NCBI RefSeq assembly: GCF_036917315.1
Contig: NZ_JBALDR010000064.1
Coordinates: 159,311 to 223,310, forward strand
Length of the DNA stretch: 64,000 nt
Direction: 5' to 3'
Origin: Nostoc sp.
GTDB lineage: Bacteria > Cyanobacteriota > Cyanobacteriia > Cyanobacteriales > Nostocaceae
This document shows, one piece after another, positions 38,442-47,640 of the stretch. The notes beneath the pieces are model-generated. The model searched no databases, was not told the DNA's origin, and saw nothing but the letters and a program-made list of their open reading frames with translations. Within the stretch, counting starts at the first letter, position 1, and each line of letters begins with the position of its first letter. The translations under genes were made by a program, and so were the position numbers.

Positions 38442-39428
38442 ATGCTCCCGTTTCAAGCGATCGCACCTGACGTTGCAACTCAACAAGGACTGCAACAGGT
38501 TTACATTAGTGAGCATGGCATACTCTACCAAGGAGACTGCCTTAAACTTCTATCAGCTTTGCCTAATGAGTCAGTGGATCTGGTATTTGCCGACCCACCT
38601 TTTAATCTTGGTAAAGAATATGGTGAAGGTATAAGCGATCAGATGGAGGCAGATCGGTATCTAAGCTGGTCACAACAGTGGCTGAGTGAGAGCATTCGCA
38701 TACTTAAACCAGGTGGCAGCTTATTTATCTTCAACCTTCCCAAATGGTGTATGGAGTACGGCGCGTACCTAAATCGGAAAGGAATGTGGTTTCGGCATTG
38801 GATTGCTTGCAGAATGCCGAAGGCTTTTCCTAGAGGTAAAAAGATGTCTCCGGCTCATTATGGACTGATCTATTATACAAAAGGTGAGCCAGCCGTTTTC
38901 AACAAAATCTACACACCGATTCAACTCTGTCGGCACTGTGGCGGAGAGATTCGTGATTATGGTGGGCATCGAAAAAGCCTCAATGACAAGGGCATCAACT
39001 TAATGGATGTCTGGGATATGCCAGAAGATGTTTGGGAAGATGCGCCTGAAGCTTCCACTACTGAAGTTTTATGGACGTTAACCGAGGAGATGTGGACTGA
39101 TATTCCACCCGTTCGGCATCGTCGGCACAAAAAACGAGTTCCCAACGAACTAGCTCCCATTATGCTGGAGCGGATTATTGCAATGGCATCTGATCCAGGG
39201 CAGATTGTGGTTGATCCTTTTGGGGGCTCTGGTACTACATTGTATGCAGCAGAAAAACTACACCGTTACTGGATTGGTTCAGAAATTGGAGATATAGAGC
39301 CAGCAGTAGACCGCTTGACTAATTTGGCTAATGGAATTATAGAGCAATGGGAATCGGCAAGGGGAAGCAAGAAATTGAAACAAGGCAAAACAACTGCATT
39401 ACAACTGCCCATTCCTTACTCTACATAG
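38442..39428 (+). CDS. Beta-class N4-C/N6-A DNA methyltransferase (M.BamHI-like)
   Basis: GDCL, VFADPPFNLG (motif IV) before DPFGGSGTT (motif I); PAHYGLIYYTKG. Confidence 0.92.
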   Translation: MLPFQAIAPDVATQQGLQQVYISEHGILYQGDCLKLLSALPNESVDLVFADPPFNLGKEYGEGISDQMEADRYLSWSQQWLSESIRILKPGGSLFIFNLPKWCMEYGAYLNRKGMWFRHWIACRMPKAFPRGKKMSPAHYGLIYYTKGEPAVFNKIYTPIQLCRHCGGEIRDYGGHRKSLNDKGINLMDVWDMPEDVWEDAPEASTTEVLWTLTEEMWTDIPPVRHRRHKKRVPNELAPIMLERIIAMASDPGQIVVDPFGGSGTTLYAAEKLHRYWIGSEIGDIEPAVDRLTNLANGIIEQWESARGSKKLKQGKTTALQLPIPYST

Positions 39429-39446
39429 CTATTCATGCAGGAAAAT

Positions 39447-40040
39447 TTAGACTAATGCACGACCATCTGTTCCTTTGGTGATCTTTGGTACATTTTCATC
39501 TAACCCATCGTGTTCAATCACGAAGATTGCAAGAAAACCTTCTTCAATGCGAACTGCCCGCCAAACATCAAAGTATGGCTCTAGCTCTTCATAATTGCCA
39601 ATACGATCGGTTAGATAAGGGTAGAGTTTTCTACTGGGGAGTACCAAGACAGCACCTAAAAATACACCTCGCAATAATCCAAGACTCAGTTTATTGACTG
39701 CTCGATGGCTTGAAGAGATGTTGCCCGTTTCCCACTCAAGTGCAAAAAGATAGTTGTCAATTATCTTTGTTGCATCGACCTTTCCTGGGGATCGAGTTGC
39801 ATAGTTAATCGAAGTTTCGAGACTCCATCCAAATTTATCTCTCAATGCAATCATGCAAGCATCTTTAATTGGCTTGACACCATTACCGTGCTTTGTTGGA
39901 TTAATTGTAAAACTGGATGCACCAGGAGGATGAACGATTAAAGAGATAGCATCACGAATTTCAGCCCGAATGATATACCAATCGTTTGATTCTTCAAAAT
40001 TCCCAATACTGATCAGAGAAACTTCTTGAACAATTTTCAT
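39447..40040 (-). CDS. BamHI-like type II restriction endonuclease
   Basis: TINPTKHGNGVKPIK, GKVDA, ALEWETGNISSSHRAVNKL, YLTDRIGNYEELEPYF, PKITKGTDG align by eye with BamHI (NGVVPIK, IDV, EFETGNISSAHRSMNKL, YLTDRVTNFEELEPYF, IPKGSDG). Confidence 0.9.
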   Translation of the reverse strand: MKIVQEVSLISIGNFEESNDWYIIRAEIRDAISLIVHPPGASSFTINPTKHGNGVKPIKDACMIALRDKFGWSLETSINYATRSPGKVDATKIIDNYLFALEWETGNISSSHRAVNKLSLGLLRGVFLGAVLVLPSRKLYPYLTDRIGNYEELEPYFDVWRAVRIEEGFLAIFVIEHDGLDENVPKITKGTDGRALV

Positions 40041-40212
40041 ACTAACTACTGATTAACTTAGCTATGCAAAAGTAGTGCAGGTTTGCCTATTTGTTGCCAG
40101 AGTTAAGCTTTGTTTCTACATCGTCTAACAGATAATCTCGCGCTACGGCCTCATAGTCAACTCGAAGCCAGCTAACTTTAAAACTCCAGGTCTAATTGGG
40201 CGTTGACGATCG

Positions 40213-41718
40213 CTATGCTTGAAATAGCTCAACCACCGTTGGCTTAGTCACTTTCCCCATCGCGTTGCGCGGTAATTCTTCAACTATCAAAATTTGGGTT
40301 GGCACTTTATAAACAGCCAATCGCTCTTTTGCCCAACTCCTGAAAGCTTGTAATGTTAAAGGTTGTGAACCTTGCAATACTAACGCGGCACACACCCGTT
40401 CGCCCCATTCTAAATCAGCAACCCCAACCACTGCACATTCCTGAATATCTGGATGCGATCGCAATACCTCTTCAATTTCTAAAGCTGAAACTTTATACCC
40501 TCCGGTTTTGATGATATCCACACTCATCCGTCCCAGAATTCGGTAGTTGTCATTCTCAATTACGGCGGTGTCTCCAGTACGGAACCAGCCATCTTGGAAG
40601 GCTTTGGCGGTTGCTTCAGGGTTTTGCCAATATTCGAGAAACACTCCAGGGCCTTTAACTTGGATCTCTCCTGGTGTTCGGGCTAGAACTAACTCTCCGT
40701 TCTCATCTACTAATCTTACTTCAACTTGAGGTAAAGGTTTCCCCACATATCCAGCCAACCGTTCACCGTGTAAAGGGTTCGATAACGCCATGCCGATTTC
40801 AGTCATACCATAGCGCTCAAGCAGAAAATGGCCGCTGATGGTTTGCCACTTTTCTAAAACTTGAACTGGTAATGCTGCCGAGCCAGAAACCATCAGGCGC
40901 ATCTTAGCACAGCCTTCTGACATACTTTTTTGGCGTTCTTTAGAGGCAGTTTCCCAAGCCGCAATTAGTTTCACATAAATTGTTGGTACTGCCATAAATA
41001 AGGTTAAGTCACCATCACAAATTCGGTTCCAAACGGTTTCGGCATCAAATTTGCTCAATATATGGCATTCCGCCCCAGCCCATAAAGCACAAGTCAGTAC
41101 GTTAATAATTCCATGAATATGATGTAGTGGCAGGATATGTAAAATGCGATCGTCCGATGTCCATTCCCAAGCAGTATTTAAGCTAGTCACTTGCGCTTGA
41201 ATATTTTGGTGAGTCGTAACTACACCTTTTGGTTTACCAGTTGTACCACTGGTGTAAAGAATTAAGGCGCGTCTAGTGATATCTATCTTCGGGAGGCGAC
41301 TAACATTAGATGAGAGCGTTTCTGAGGTAAGAATAAATCGCAAATTGTGTGCTTCGGCGAGCGATGCCTGCGGCGGTAAACTACGCAGTATATCCTCAAA
41401 ATTAGGATGAGCAATAATAATCGATGCTCCAGAATTGGTAATTACATACTCCAATTCTGGGCGTGGATGGGAAACACACAGAGGTACAGCTATGCCACCA
41501 GCCCGCCAAATTCCCCATTGAGTGGCTACATACTCAAACCCAGGCGGAATGAGAAAGGCAACTCGCTGCTCTTGTAAATCTTCTGCATTTTGAAGAAGAC
41601 TTGTTGCTATTTGACTGGAAGTGTGTAGCAAATCCCGATAGGTAAATGCTCCGTCCGTTGTCACAATTGCGGTTTTTTCGTTATATTCTTCAGCACGAAT
41701 AATTAATGGGATATTCAC
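40213..41718 (-). CDS. Acyl-CoA synthetase, malonyl-CoA synthetase (MatB/ACSF3)-like
   Basis: YTSGTTGKPKG, LPLHHIHG, ERYGMTE, FRTGD, IIKTGGYKVSALEIE, GKVTK. Confidence 0.88.
   Translation of the reverse strand: MNIPLIIRAEEYNEKTAIVTTDGAFTYRDLLHTSSQIATSLLQNAEDLQEQRVAFLIPPGFEYVATQWGIWRAGGIAVPLCVSHPRPELEYVITNSGASIIIAHPNFEDILRSLPPQASLAEAHNLRFILTSETLSSNVSRLPKIDITRRALILYTSGTTGKPKGVVTTHQNIQAQVTSLNTAWEWTSDDRILHILPLHHIHGIINVLTCALWAGAECHILSKFDAETVWNRICDGDLTLFMAVPTIYVKLIAAWETASKERQKSMSEGCAKMRLMVSGSAALPVQVLEKWQTISGHFLLERYGMTEIGMALSNPLHGERLAGYVGKPLPQVEVRLVDENGELVLARTPGEIQVKGPGVFLEYWQNPEATAKAFQDGWFRTGDTAVIENDNYRILGRMSVDIIKTGGYKVSALEIEEVLRSHPDIQECAVVGVADLEWGERVCAALVLQGSQPLTLQAFRSWAKERLAVYKVPTQILIVEELPRNAMGKVTKPTVVELFQA
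41366..41383 (+). mobile_element. 18-nt small dispersed repeat inserted in frame in a HIP1 site of the acyl-CoA synthetase
   Basis: GCGAT[GCCTGCGGCGGTAAACTA]CGC; protein reads LR-SLPPQA-SLAEAH instead of LRSLAEAH. Confidence 0.85.
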
Positions 41719-41738
41719 GTTTATTTACCGAATAGATA

Positions 41739-42719
41739 CTACAACCAACGTTGTTTTTTGGCATAAACAATACTGCCAATCACAATTAATGCCATCATGC
41801 CGATCACCACAGGGTAAGCCCAAGGTTGTTCTAATTCCGGCATATATTTGAAGTTCATACCATAGAAACCAGACATAAAAGTGATTGGTAAAAATATTGT
41901 CGAGAGGATAGTCAGGCGATTAATTCGTTCCCCTGTTTTACTAGCAATATTATCGCGTTGAATTTCCATTAATTCTGACATCCAGGCTCTTATAGCTTGA
42001 TATTCTTGCCAGAGTTTATCAACGTGATGAACCAATTCTTGATTGAATAGTTCTTTTACTGGCTGGCTAATCCATTGGAAATCTTCATTATCCATAATAG
42101 CCATAAGTAACTTGATGCTTTGAAAATTACGGCGTCCAGAACGAGTAGATTGCCTCATTGTGGCAATTTTTTGGTAAGTTGATTCATCACCAGAATTGTC
42201 TAAAACTTCATCTTCTAAATCATCAAGTTTTCTAGAAATATAGGTAAATACAGTTTCGTAATTATTCAAAATATCTTTAAATATGAGATAAAAAAGATAG
42301 TCGATCCCGAATTTTTGAATATCTAGATTTCGCTTTTGGAGATTATTAGTTAAAATACTTAAGATTTTTAGTTCAGTGATTTCAAAAGTTATAATAAAAT
42401 TATTTCCAACTACAATATTGCCACGCACCACCTCAAACTCATTATTTTTTATTTTAGAACTTAAGATTTCATAGCTATCAAATAAACAATCTTCTATATC
42501 TTCATCAATTCCAACAGGGGAATGGTTGAAAATCATGTTAACACGAGATGGATTGAGTCCAAAGTGTTTGATAATTTTGGCTGTCCCAGTGCGATCGCGG
42601 AAGTGAACACAACGCAACCAAATATTGTGAGAACCATCAATTCTTTTCAGTACCGTATCCACATCTCTATGGGTGAAGATTTCCAGGTTATCTGGATGAA
42701 AAGTCAGGAGAATTAGCAT
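41739..42719 (-). CDS. corA: CorA family Mg/Co transporter
   Basis: IWLRC, RINRLTILSTIFLPITFMSGFYGMNFKYMPEL. Confidence 0.92.
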   Translation of the reverse strand: MLILLTFHPDNLEIFTHRDVDTVLKRIDGSHNIWLRCVHFRDRTGTAKIIKHFGLNPSRVNMIFNHSPVGIDEDIEDCLFDSYEILSSKIKNNEFEVVRGNIVVGNNFIITFEITELKILSILTNNLQKRNLDIQKFGIDYLFYLIFKDILNNYETVFTYISRKLDDLEDEVLDNSGDESTYQKIATMRQSTRSGRRNFQSIKLLMAIMDNEDFQWISQPVKELFNQELVHHVDKLWQEYQAIRAWMSELMEIQRDNIASKTGERINRLTILSTIFLPITFMSGFYGMNFKYMPELEQPWAYPVVIGMMALIVIGSIVYAKKQRWL

Positions 42720-42939
42720 ATAGCAATCCTAATTGAGTCGTAATAAAATACTGTGACTCATGGTAATTAATCAGGACTTTAGTCCTTGTTTTCTAAGCAC
42801 TTTAGTCCTTACTACAAACCATCAAAACTAGTTTGATAAAGTAATAGTCGTAAATTTGTAAAGTAAAACACATTTAAATAGCACAATCACTCTCTAAGAG
42901 TTTTGACTGTTGATAGTCAACACTATATTGAGTGGTAAC

Positions 42940-45003
42940 TCAATTTTTTTCTATTTTCCCAGATTTAGGGCGCGTAGTTGGCGCTGGCGCTGAATTATTT
43001 TGCAGAATTGCAATTTCCCGCCGTGCATCTTGATAACTATCTTGTTCCCCTTGCTGTTGGAATAGTTTTGCAGCTTTTTTGAAGTCTGCGATCGCACCCG
43101 ATTTATTTTTCTGCTTGGTGCGAATCACACCCCGGTTATAATAGGCTAAGGCGTTGTTAGGATTAATTGCGATCGCTCGTGAATAATCTTGATTTGCAGC
43201 TTTTTTATTTCCCAGTTCGAGATAGGCGTTACCACGGTTGTTGTAAGCTGCTACATTATTACTATCTAGTTTTAGTGCTGCGGTGTAATCTTCAATAGCG
43301 CCTTTATAATCTCCAAAAGAAAAGCGGTGAATACCTCTGTGAATATAAGCTGCAATAAATTTAGGATCGATCTGTAAAATAGTATTGTAATCTTCAGTAG
43401 CTTCTACTTGATTTCCCAAATCGCTGTAAAGATCGCCACGATTCAAATAAGCTTCTATGTATTTGGGATTGATGTTGATTGCATCTGTATAATCTTTAAT
43501 TGCTTCATCTTTTTGTTTATTAATAGATTGAGTTAAACCTCTTTGATAATAAGCTTTGGCATCACTAGGATTAATCTTAATTACTTGATCAAAATCTTGG
43601 ATTGCTTCAAGTCTTTGTTTGAGACGACGGCGGAGAATACCTCGTTGCAAGTAAGCTTCGGTATATTGGGGTTTAAGAGCGATCGCTTTGCTAAAATCTT
43701 CAATTGCACCTTTATTATCCTTCGATTGAACGCGAGCTAATCCTCGCCCATAGTAAGCATAAGCATCTTTAGAATTTAACTTAATTGCTTGAGTATAATC
43801 TGCGATCGCTTCTTTGTATTTGCCTAATGCCGAAAAAGCAAATCCTCGGTCAAAATAGGCATTAGCATCTTGAGAATTAAGCACAATAGCTTGGCTAGAA
43901 TCTGCTTGTGCTTGCTCGTAGTCTCCTAATCGATAATAAGCATCACCTCGCCGATTATAAGCTAAAGCGTTTTGGGGATCTAATTTAATAGCCTGATTGA
44001 AATCTTCAACTGCTCCTTCATAGTTTCCTAACTCATATTTATTTACTCCCTCTTGGTATAATGTCTTTTGAGCATTACTCACAAGTTTTGGCGATCTCAA
44101 TTGCCACGCTGCAACACTAAGGGTAATACAGCCAGCTATCCCTGCTAGAACTAGTAATAATTTTTTCTGATGCTGTTTTTGTCGCTCGTCATCAACATTT
44201 ATTAACTTTTTCAGGTCGTCTAAGACTTCCGTTGCATACTGGTAGCGCTTACGATAATCAAAACGCACCATTTTATTAATAATTTTTGCTAGTTTTCTGT
44301 TAACTTTGAGATTTTTATCGCGCCAAACTATTTCACCCGTCAGCTTATTTTTCTGACTTCGCAAATTAGATATTTCCTTTGTAGGTAAACCTTTCAGGGC
44401 TGCGATCGCAACGATACCTAAAGCATATATATCACTGTTGTATTTGAGGTTGCCGTTAATTTGCTCTATCGGCATATACTCGGAATTGTCAACAGTATTA
44501 TCGATTGCTTCATTAAAAGTACCCAAATTAGCCAAAACTAACTTTTTATCTGATTCCCGGCGAATAATATTTGCTGGTGTAATATTCCGATGAATTATGC
44601 CATAGCTATGTACAACGACTAAAGTTTCTAATATCTCTGACAAAAGACTAATTATTTGGTCTTCCTTGAGAAGTTCTCCCTGGATAATTTCGTCAGTTAA
44701 AGGATTACCAGCGATGAATTCTTGGACTAGATAAAATTCTTCATTTTCTTCAAAAGAAGTAATGAGCTTTTGAATTTTATCGTGTTCTTTTCCTAGTTTT
44801 TCTAAAGTTGCTGCCTTATTCGTAAATAAGCGGCGTAGGATTGTTAAAGCTTGAGGATTGCTATTAGTAAGAGATAACTGCTTTACTATAAATTCTTTAC
44901 CATTAAGATTAACATCTTCAACTAGATAGGTTTTCTCTTTTTCCCCATCATTGAGAACTTTTAGTATTTGATAATGTCCATCTAGTAAATGACTATTCAT
45001 CAA
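42940..45003 (-). CDS. Ser/Thr kinase-like domain + TM + TPR array (probable pseudokinase)
   Basis: YQILKVL, YLVQEFI, HRNITPAN, LANLG, SDIYALG, RYQYATE; TM LLLVLAGIAGCITLSVAAW; about 10 TPRs. Confidence 0.9.
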   Translation of the reverse strand: MMNSHLLDGHYQILKVLNDGEKEKTYLVEDVNLNGKEFIVKQLSLTNSNPQALTILRRLFTNKAATLEKLGKEHDKIQKLITSFEENEEFYLVQEFIAGNPLTDEIIQGELLKEDQIISLLSEILETLVVVHSYGIIHRNITPANIIRRESDKKLVLANLGTFNEAIDNTVDNSEYMPIEQINGNLKYNSDIYALGIVAIAALKGLPTKEISNLRSQKNKLTGEIVWRDKNLKVNRKLAKIINKMVRFDYRKRYQYATEVLDDLKKLINVDDERQKQHQKKLLLVLAGIAGCITLSVAAWQLRSPKLVSNAQKTLYQEGVNKYELGNYEGAVEDFNQAIKLDPQNALAYNRRGDAYYRLGDYEQAQADSSQAIVLNSQDANAYFDRGFAFSALGKYKEAIADYTQAIKLNSKDAYAYYGRGLARVQSKDNKGAIEDFSKAIALKPQYTEAYLQRGILRRRLKQRLEAIQDFDQVIKINPSDAKAYYQRGLTQSINKQKDEAIKDYTDAININPKYIEAYLNRGDLYSDLGNQVEATEDYNTILQIDPKFIAAYIHRGIHRFSFGDYKGAIEDYTAALKLDSNNVAAYNNRGNAYLELGNKKAANQDYSRAIAINPNNALAYYNRGVIRTKQKNKSGAIADFKKAAKLFQQQGEQDSYQDARREIAILQNNSAPAPTTRPKSGKIEKN

Positions 45004-45157
45004 TATAAATTATAGTCTGATAAATTGCTCGATTATAGCTTATGTGTTATTACTCCTGCTTTTAAAATATAAATATTTATTTATTAAGTAATTTCAAATG
45101 AGATCGAGGCGCGGGCTGCTACCGCGTGTATATTGCAAAGTCCCTCTCCCAAGCTTG

Positions 45158-45489
45158 GTACGCTGTATACACAAGTCTGAAATAGCTGAGTAACCAAGGT
45201 TTTACCCCACCCTAACCCTCCCCTTAGAAAGGGGAGGGAACTAGATTTCTGTTTCCCCCCAATATATCCTACGGTGTACACACAAGTCTTCTAGAGTTGC
45301 GCCACAGGCTTTTGATCCCCCCAACCCCCCTTAAAAAGAGGGGCAAAAAGCTCTTAAAGTCCCCCTTTTTAAGGGGGATTTAGGGGGATCTAGGACGATT
45401 TTGGTTTTCTAGAAAGATGTGTGTACACCGTAGCCAATATATCGGGGGGATTAAGGGGGGTAAATCCAGGGTTTGGGTGTACACCTTAG
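45158..45489. mobile_element. MITE (CTACGGTGTACACACAAG-type ends) with 10-bp direct repeat CCCAAGCTTG, containing a second MITE
   Basis: cccaagcttg at 45148-57 and 45490-99; with the inner copy removed it is the reverse complement of the element at 50466-50619. Confidence 0.8.
45269..45433. mobile_element. Inner 165-bp MITE with 10-bp direct repeat CCAATATATC
   Basis: ctacggtgtacacac ... gtgtgtacaccgtag; ccaatatatc at 45259-68 and 45434-43. Confidence 0.85.
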
Positions 45490-45536
45490 CCCAAGCTTGG
45501 TAGAGGGATTTAGGGTGAGGACTTTTGATTAAGATT

Positions 45537-47417
45537 TTACGCTGGCACGACAAATTTCTCGCTACCAGCCAGTTCAAAGGCTGCATGAATGGCTTGCAAA
45601 GCTTTAACACCTTGCTCTTGCGCCACAACGCAACTAATTTTGATTTCTGAAGTGGCAATCATTTGAATATTGATTTGTTGTTGGGCTAAAGCTTCAAACA
45701 TTTTAGCGGCAATACCTGGTTGTCCTAGCATACCTGCACCGACAATACTCACTTTAGCGATCGCATTATCTAAAACAACTTCACCCCATCCTAACTCTGC
45801 CGCTACTTGGGTAAGCATTTTTTTGGCACTTTCCCCATCTATGCGCGAGACTGTAAAGGCAATATCTCGTCTGGGAACACCATCAATCACCCGGCAACGC
45901 TGAGATTGGATAATCATATCAACACTAATATTATGTTGTGCTAATAATCCAAACAACTTCGCCGCCATCCCCGGACGATCTGGCAATTGGCGAATAGCAA
46001 GACGCGCTTGATTCAAGTCGAGGGCGACACCGCGAACGGGAGGACAATTGGGCAGAGGGGCAGAGGGGCGGAGGGGCAGAGGGGAATCTATGCAGGTACT
46101 CTCCCCTGCTCCCTTGCTCCCCCGGTTACTGAGCGCAGTCGAAGTATGCTCCCCTGCTTCTATTTCAAAGGCAGCGCGGAGTGCTAAGACGGCGCGATCG
46201 CATTCGGTGGCATCGACTACGCAACTTACTTTGACTTCGCTGGTGGAAATCATTTGAATGTTCACGCCAGCTTCAGCTAAGGTGGCGAACATCTTTGCAG
46301 CTACACCAGGACGCCCAATCATTCCCGCGCCTGCGATGCTGACTTTGGCAATGTTATGTTCTACCATTACCTCGGCTTCGTCAGATTTGGGGTTAGATTG
46401 ACTTCTTAGTGCTGGGGCGATCGCTGTTGCTACTGCTTCTGCCCGTTTTAATATTGGTGTTGTGACAGTGAAGGCAATGTCATTACTGTTACCTTCATGA
46501 ACTGACTGAATAATCAAATCTACGTCTACTTTTTGCCGAGAAATTTCGCCAAATAACCTAGCTGCCACACCTGGTTTGTCGGGTACGCGCAACAAAGCAA
46601 CCTTTGCTTGGTTAGTGTCAAATTCTACATGATCTACAGGACGGGCAATTTCTAGATTGATTAGCGATCGCCCTTGGGGTTTGGCTGATGTCACCCAAGT
46701 CCCTGGTTGATCTGTCCAACTAGACCTAACTACCAGGGGAACACCATAGTTACGGGCAATTTCCACAGCACGGGGATGCAGCACTTTTGCGCCCAAACTA
46801 GCTAATTCCAACATTTCATCGCAGGTGATGGCATCCATCAACTGGGCTTCGGCAACCAAGCGGGGATCTGTAGTGAGAATACCTGGAACATCTGTATAAA
46901 TTTCGCAAAAATCCGCTCTTAATGCGGCTGCGATCGCCACTGCTGACGTGTCAGAACCACCGCGCCCCAAAGTCGTAATTTCCATCTCTCCGGCGCTGGA
47001 TGTGCCTTGAAACCCTGCTACTACAACTACTTTACCTGCATTTATGTGGCGAGTTAGGCGAGTAGTTTCAATATGCAAAATTCGAGCGCGGCTGTGTTCG
47101 GCTTCAGTAACAATTCCTACTTGAGCGCCAGTCATGGAAATTGCGGGTTGTCCGAGTTCCTGCAAAGCCATACTGAGTAAGGCAATAGTTACTTGTTCGC
47201 CTGTGGAAAGCAGCATATCCATTTCCCGGCGGTTAGGATTTGGAGAAATTTCATTAGCTAGTTTGACGAGTCCATCGGTGGTTTTGCCCATTGCTGAAAC
47301 CACTACTACCAGAGAGTTTCCAGCTTGGACAGTTTTATAAACACGCTGTGCGACAGCTTGAATGCGTTCCACTGAACCGACAGATGTACCACCGTATTTC
47401 TGAACTATGAGCGCCAT
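45537..47417 (-). CDS. lysC: Aspartate kinase with four ACT domains and a repeat-derived linker
   Basis: MALIVQKYGGTSV, TTLGRGGSDTSAV, YTDVPGILTTDPR; repeated KVSIxGAGM and IATSE ACT motifs. Confidence 0.97.
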   Translation of the reverse strand: MALIVQKYGGTSVGSVERIQAVAQRVYKTVQAGNSLVVVVSAMGKTTDGLVKLANEISPNPNRREMDMLLSTGEQVTIALLSMALQELGQPAISMTGAQVGIVTEAEHSRARILHIETTRLTRHINAGKVVVVAGFQGTSSAGEMEITTLGRGGSDTSAVAIAAALRADFCEIYTDVPGILTTDPRLVAEAQLMDAITCDEMLELASLGAKVLHPRAVEIARNYGVPLVVRSSWTDQPGTWVTSAKPQGRSLINLEIARPVDHVEFDTNQAKVALLRVPDKPGVAARLFGEISRQKVDVDLIIQSVHEGNSNDIAFTVTTPILKRAEAVATAIAPALRSQSNPKSDEAEVMVEHNIAKVSIAGAGMIGRPGVAAKMFATLAEAGVNIQMISTSEVKVSCVVDATECDRAVLALRAAFEIEAGEHTSTALSNRGSKGAGESTCIDSPLPLRPSAPLPNCPPVRGVALDLNQARLAIRQLPDRPGMAAKLFGLLAQHNISVDMIIQSQRCRVIDGVPRRDIAFTVSRIDGESAKKMLTQVAAELGWGEVVLDNAIAKVSIVGAGMLGQPGIAAKMFEALAQQQINIQMIATSEIKISCVVAQEQGVKALQAIHAAFELAGSEKFVVPA

Positions 47418-47640
47418 AACTTTTATGCAATCAATTGTGTCTGTTTTGCTCAACGCCTCCGCCGGGTTAGGAAGCCTTGAAGATATTAATAGATATTTAG
47501 TTTACTAAAAATTGTGTAGCATACCCAATCATGAGTTGATTAAGCTGTTGTGTCTTTAATTTGCACTAACATTTTTTTCAATATGATTGTGGGGTGGGCA
47601 ACATGAGCGCCCTGATAGTGCAAGTTGTATACGTAACAGC

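Noticed and set aside
45084-45658. Short minus-strand ORFs 45084-45281 and 45380-45658
   Set aside because: Derived from nested MITE sequence or overlapping lysC
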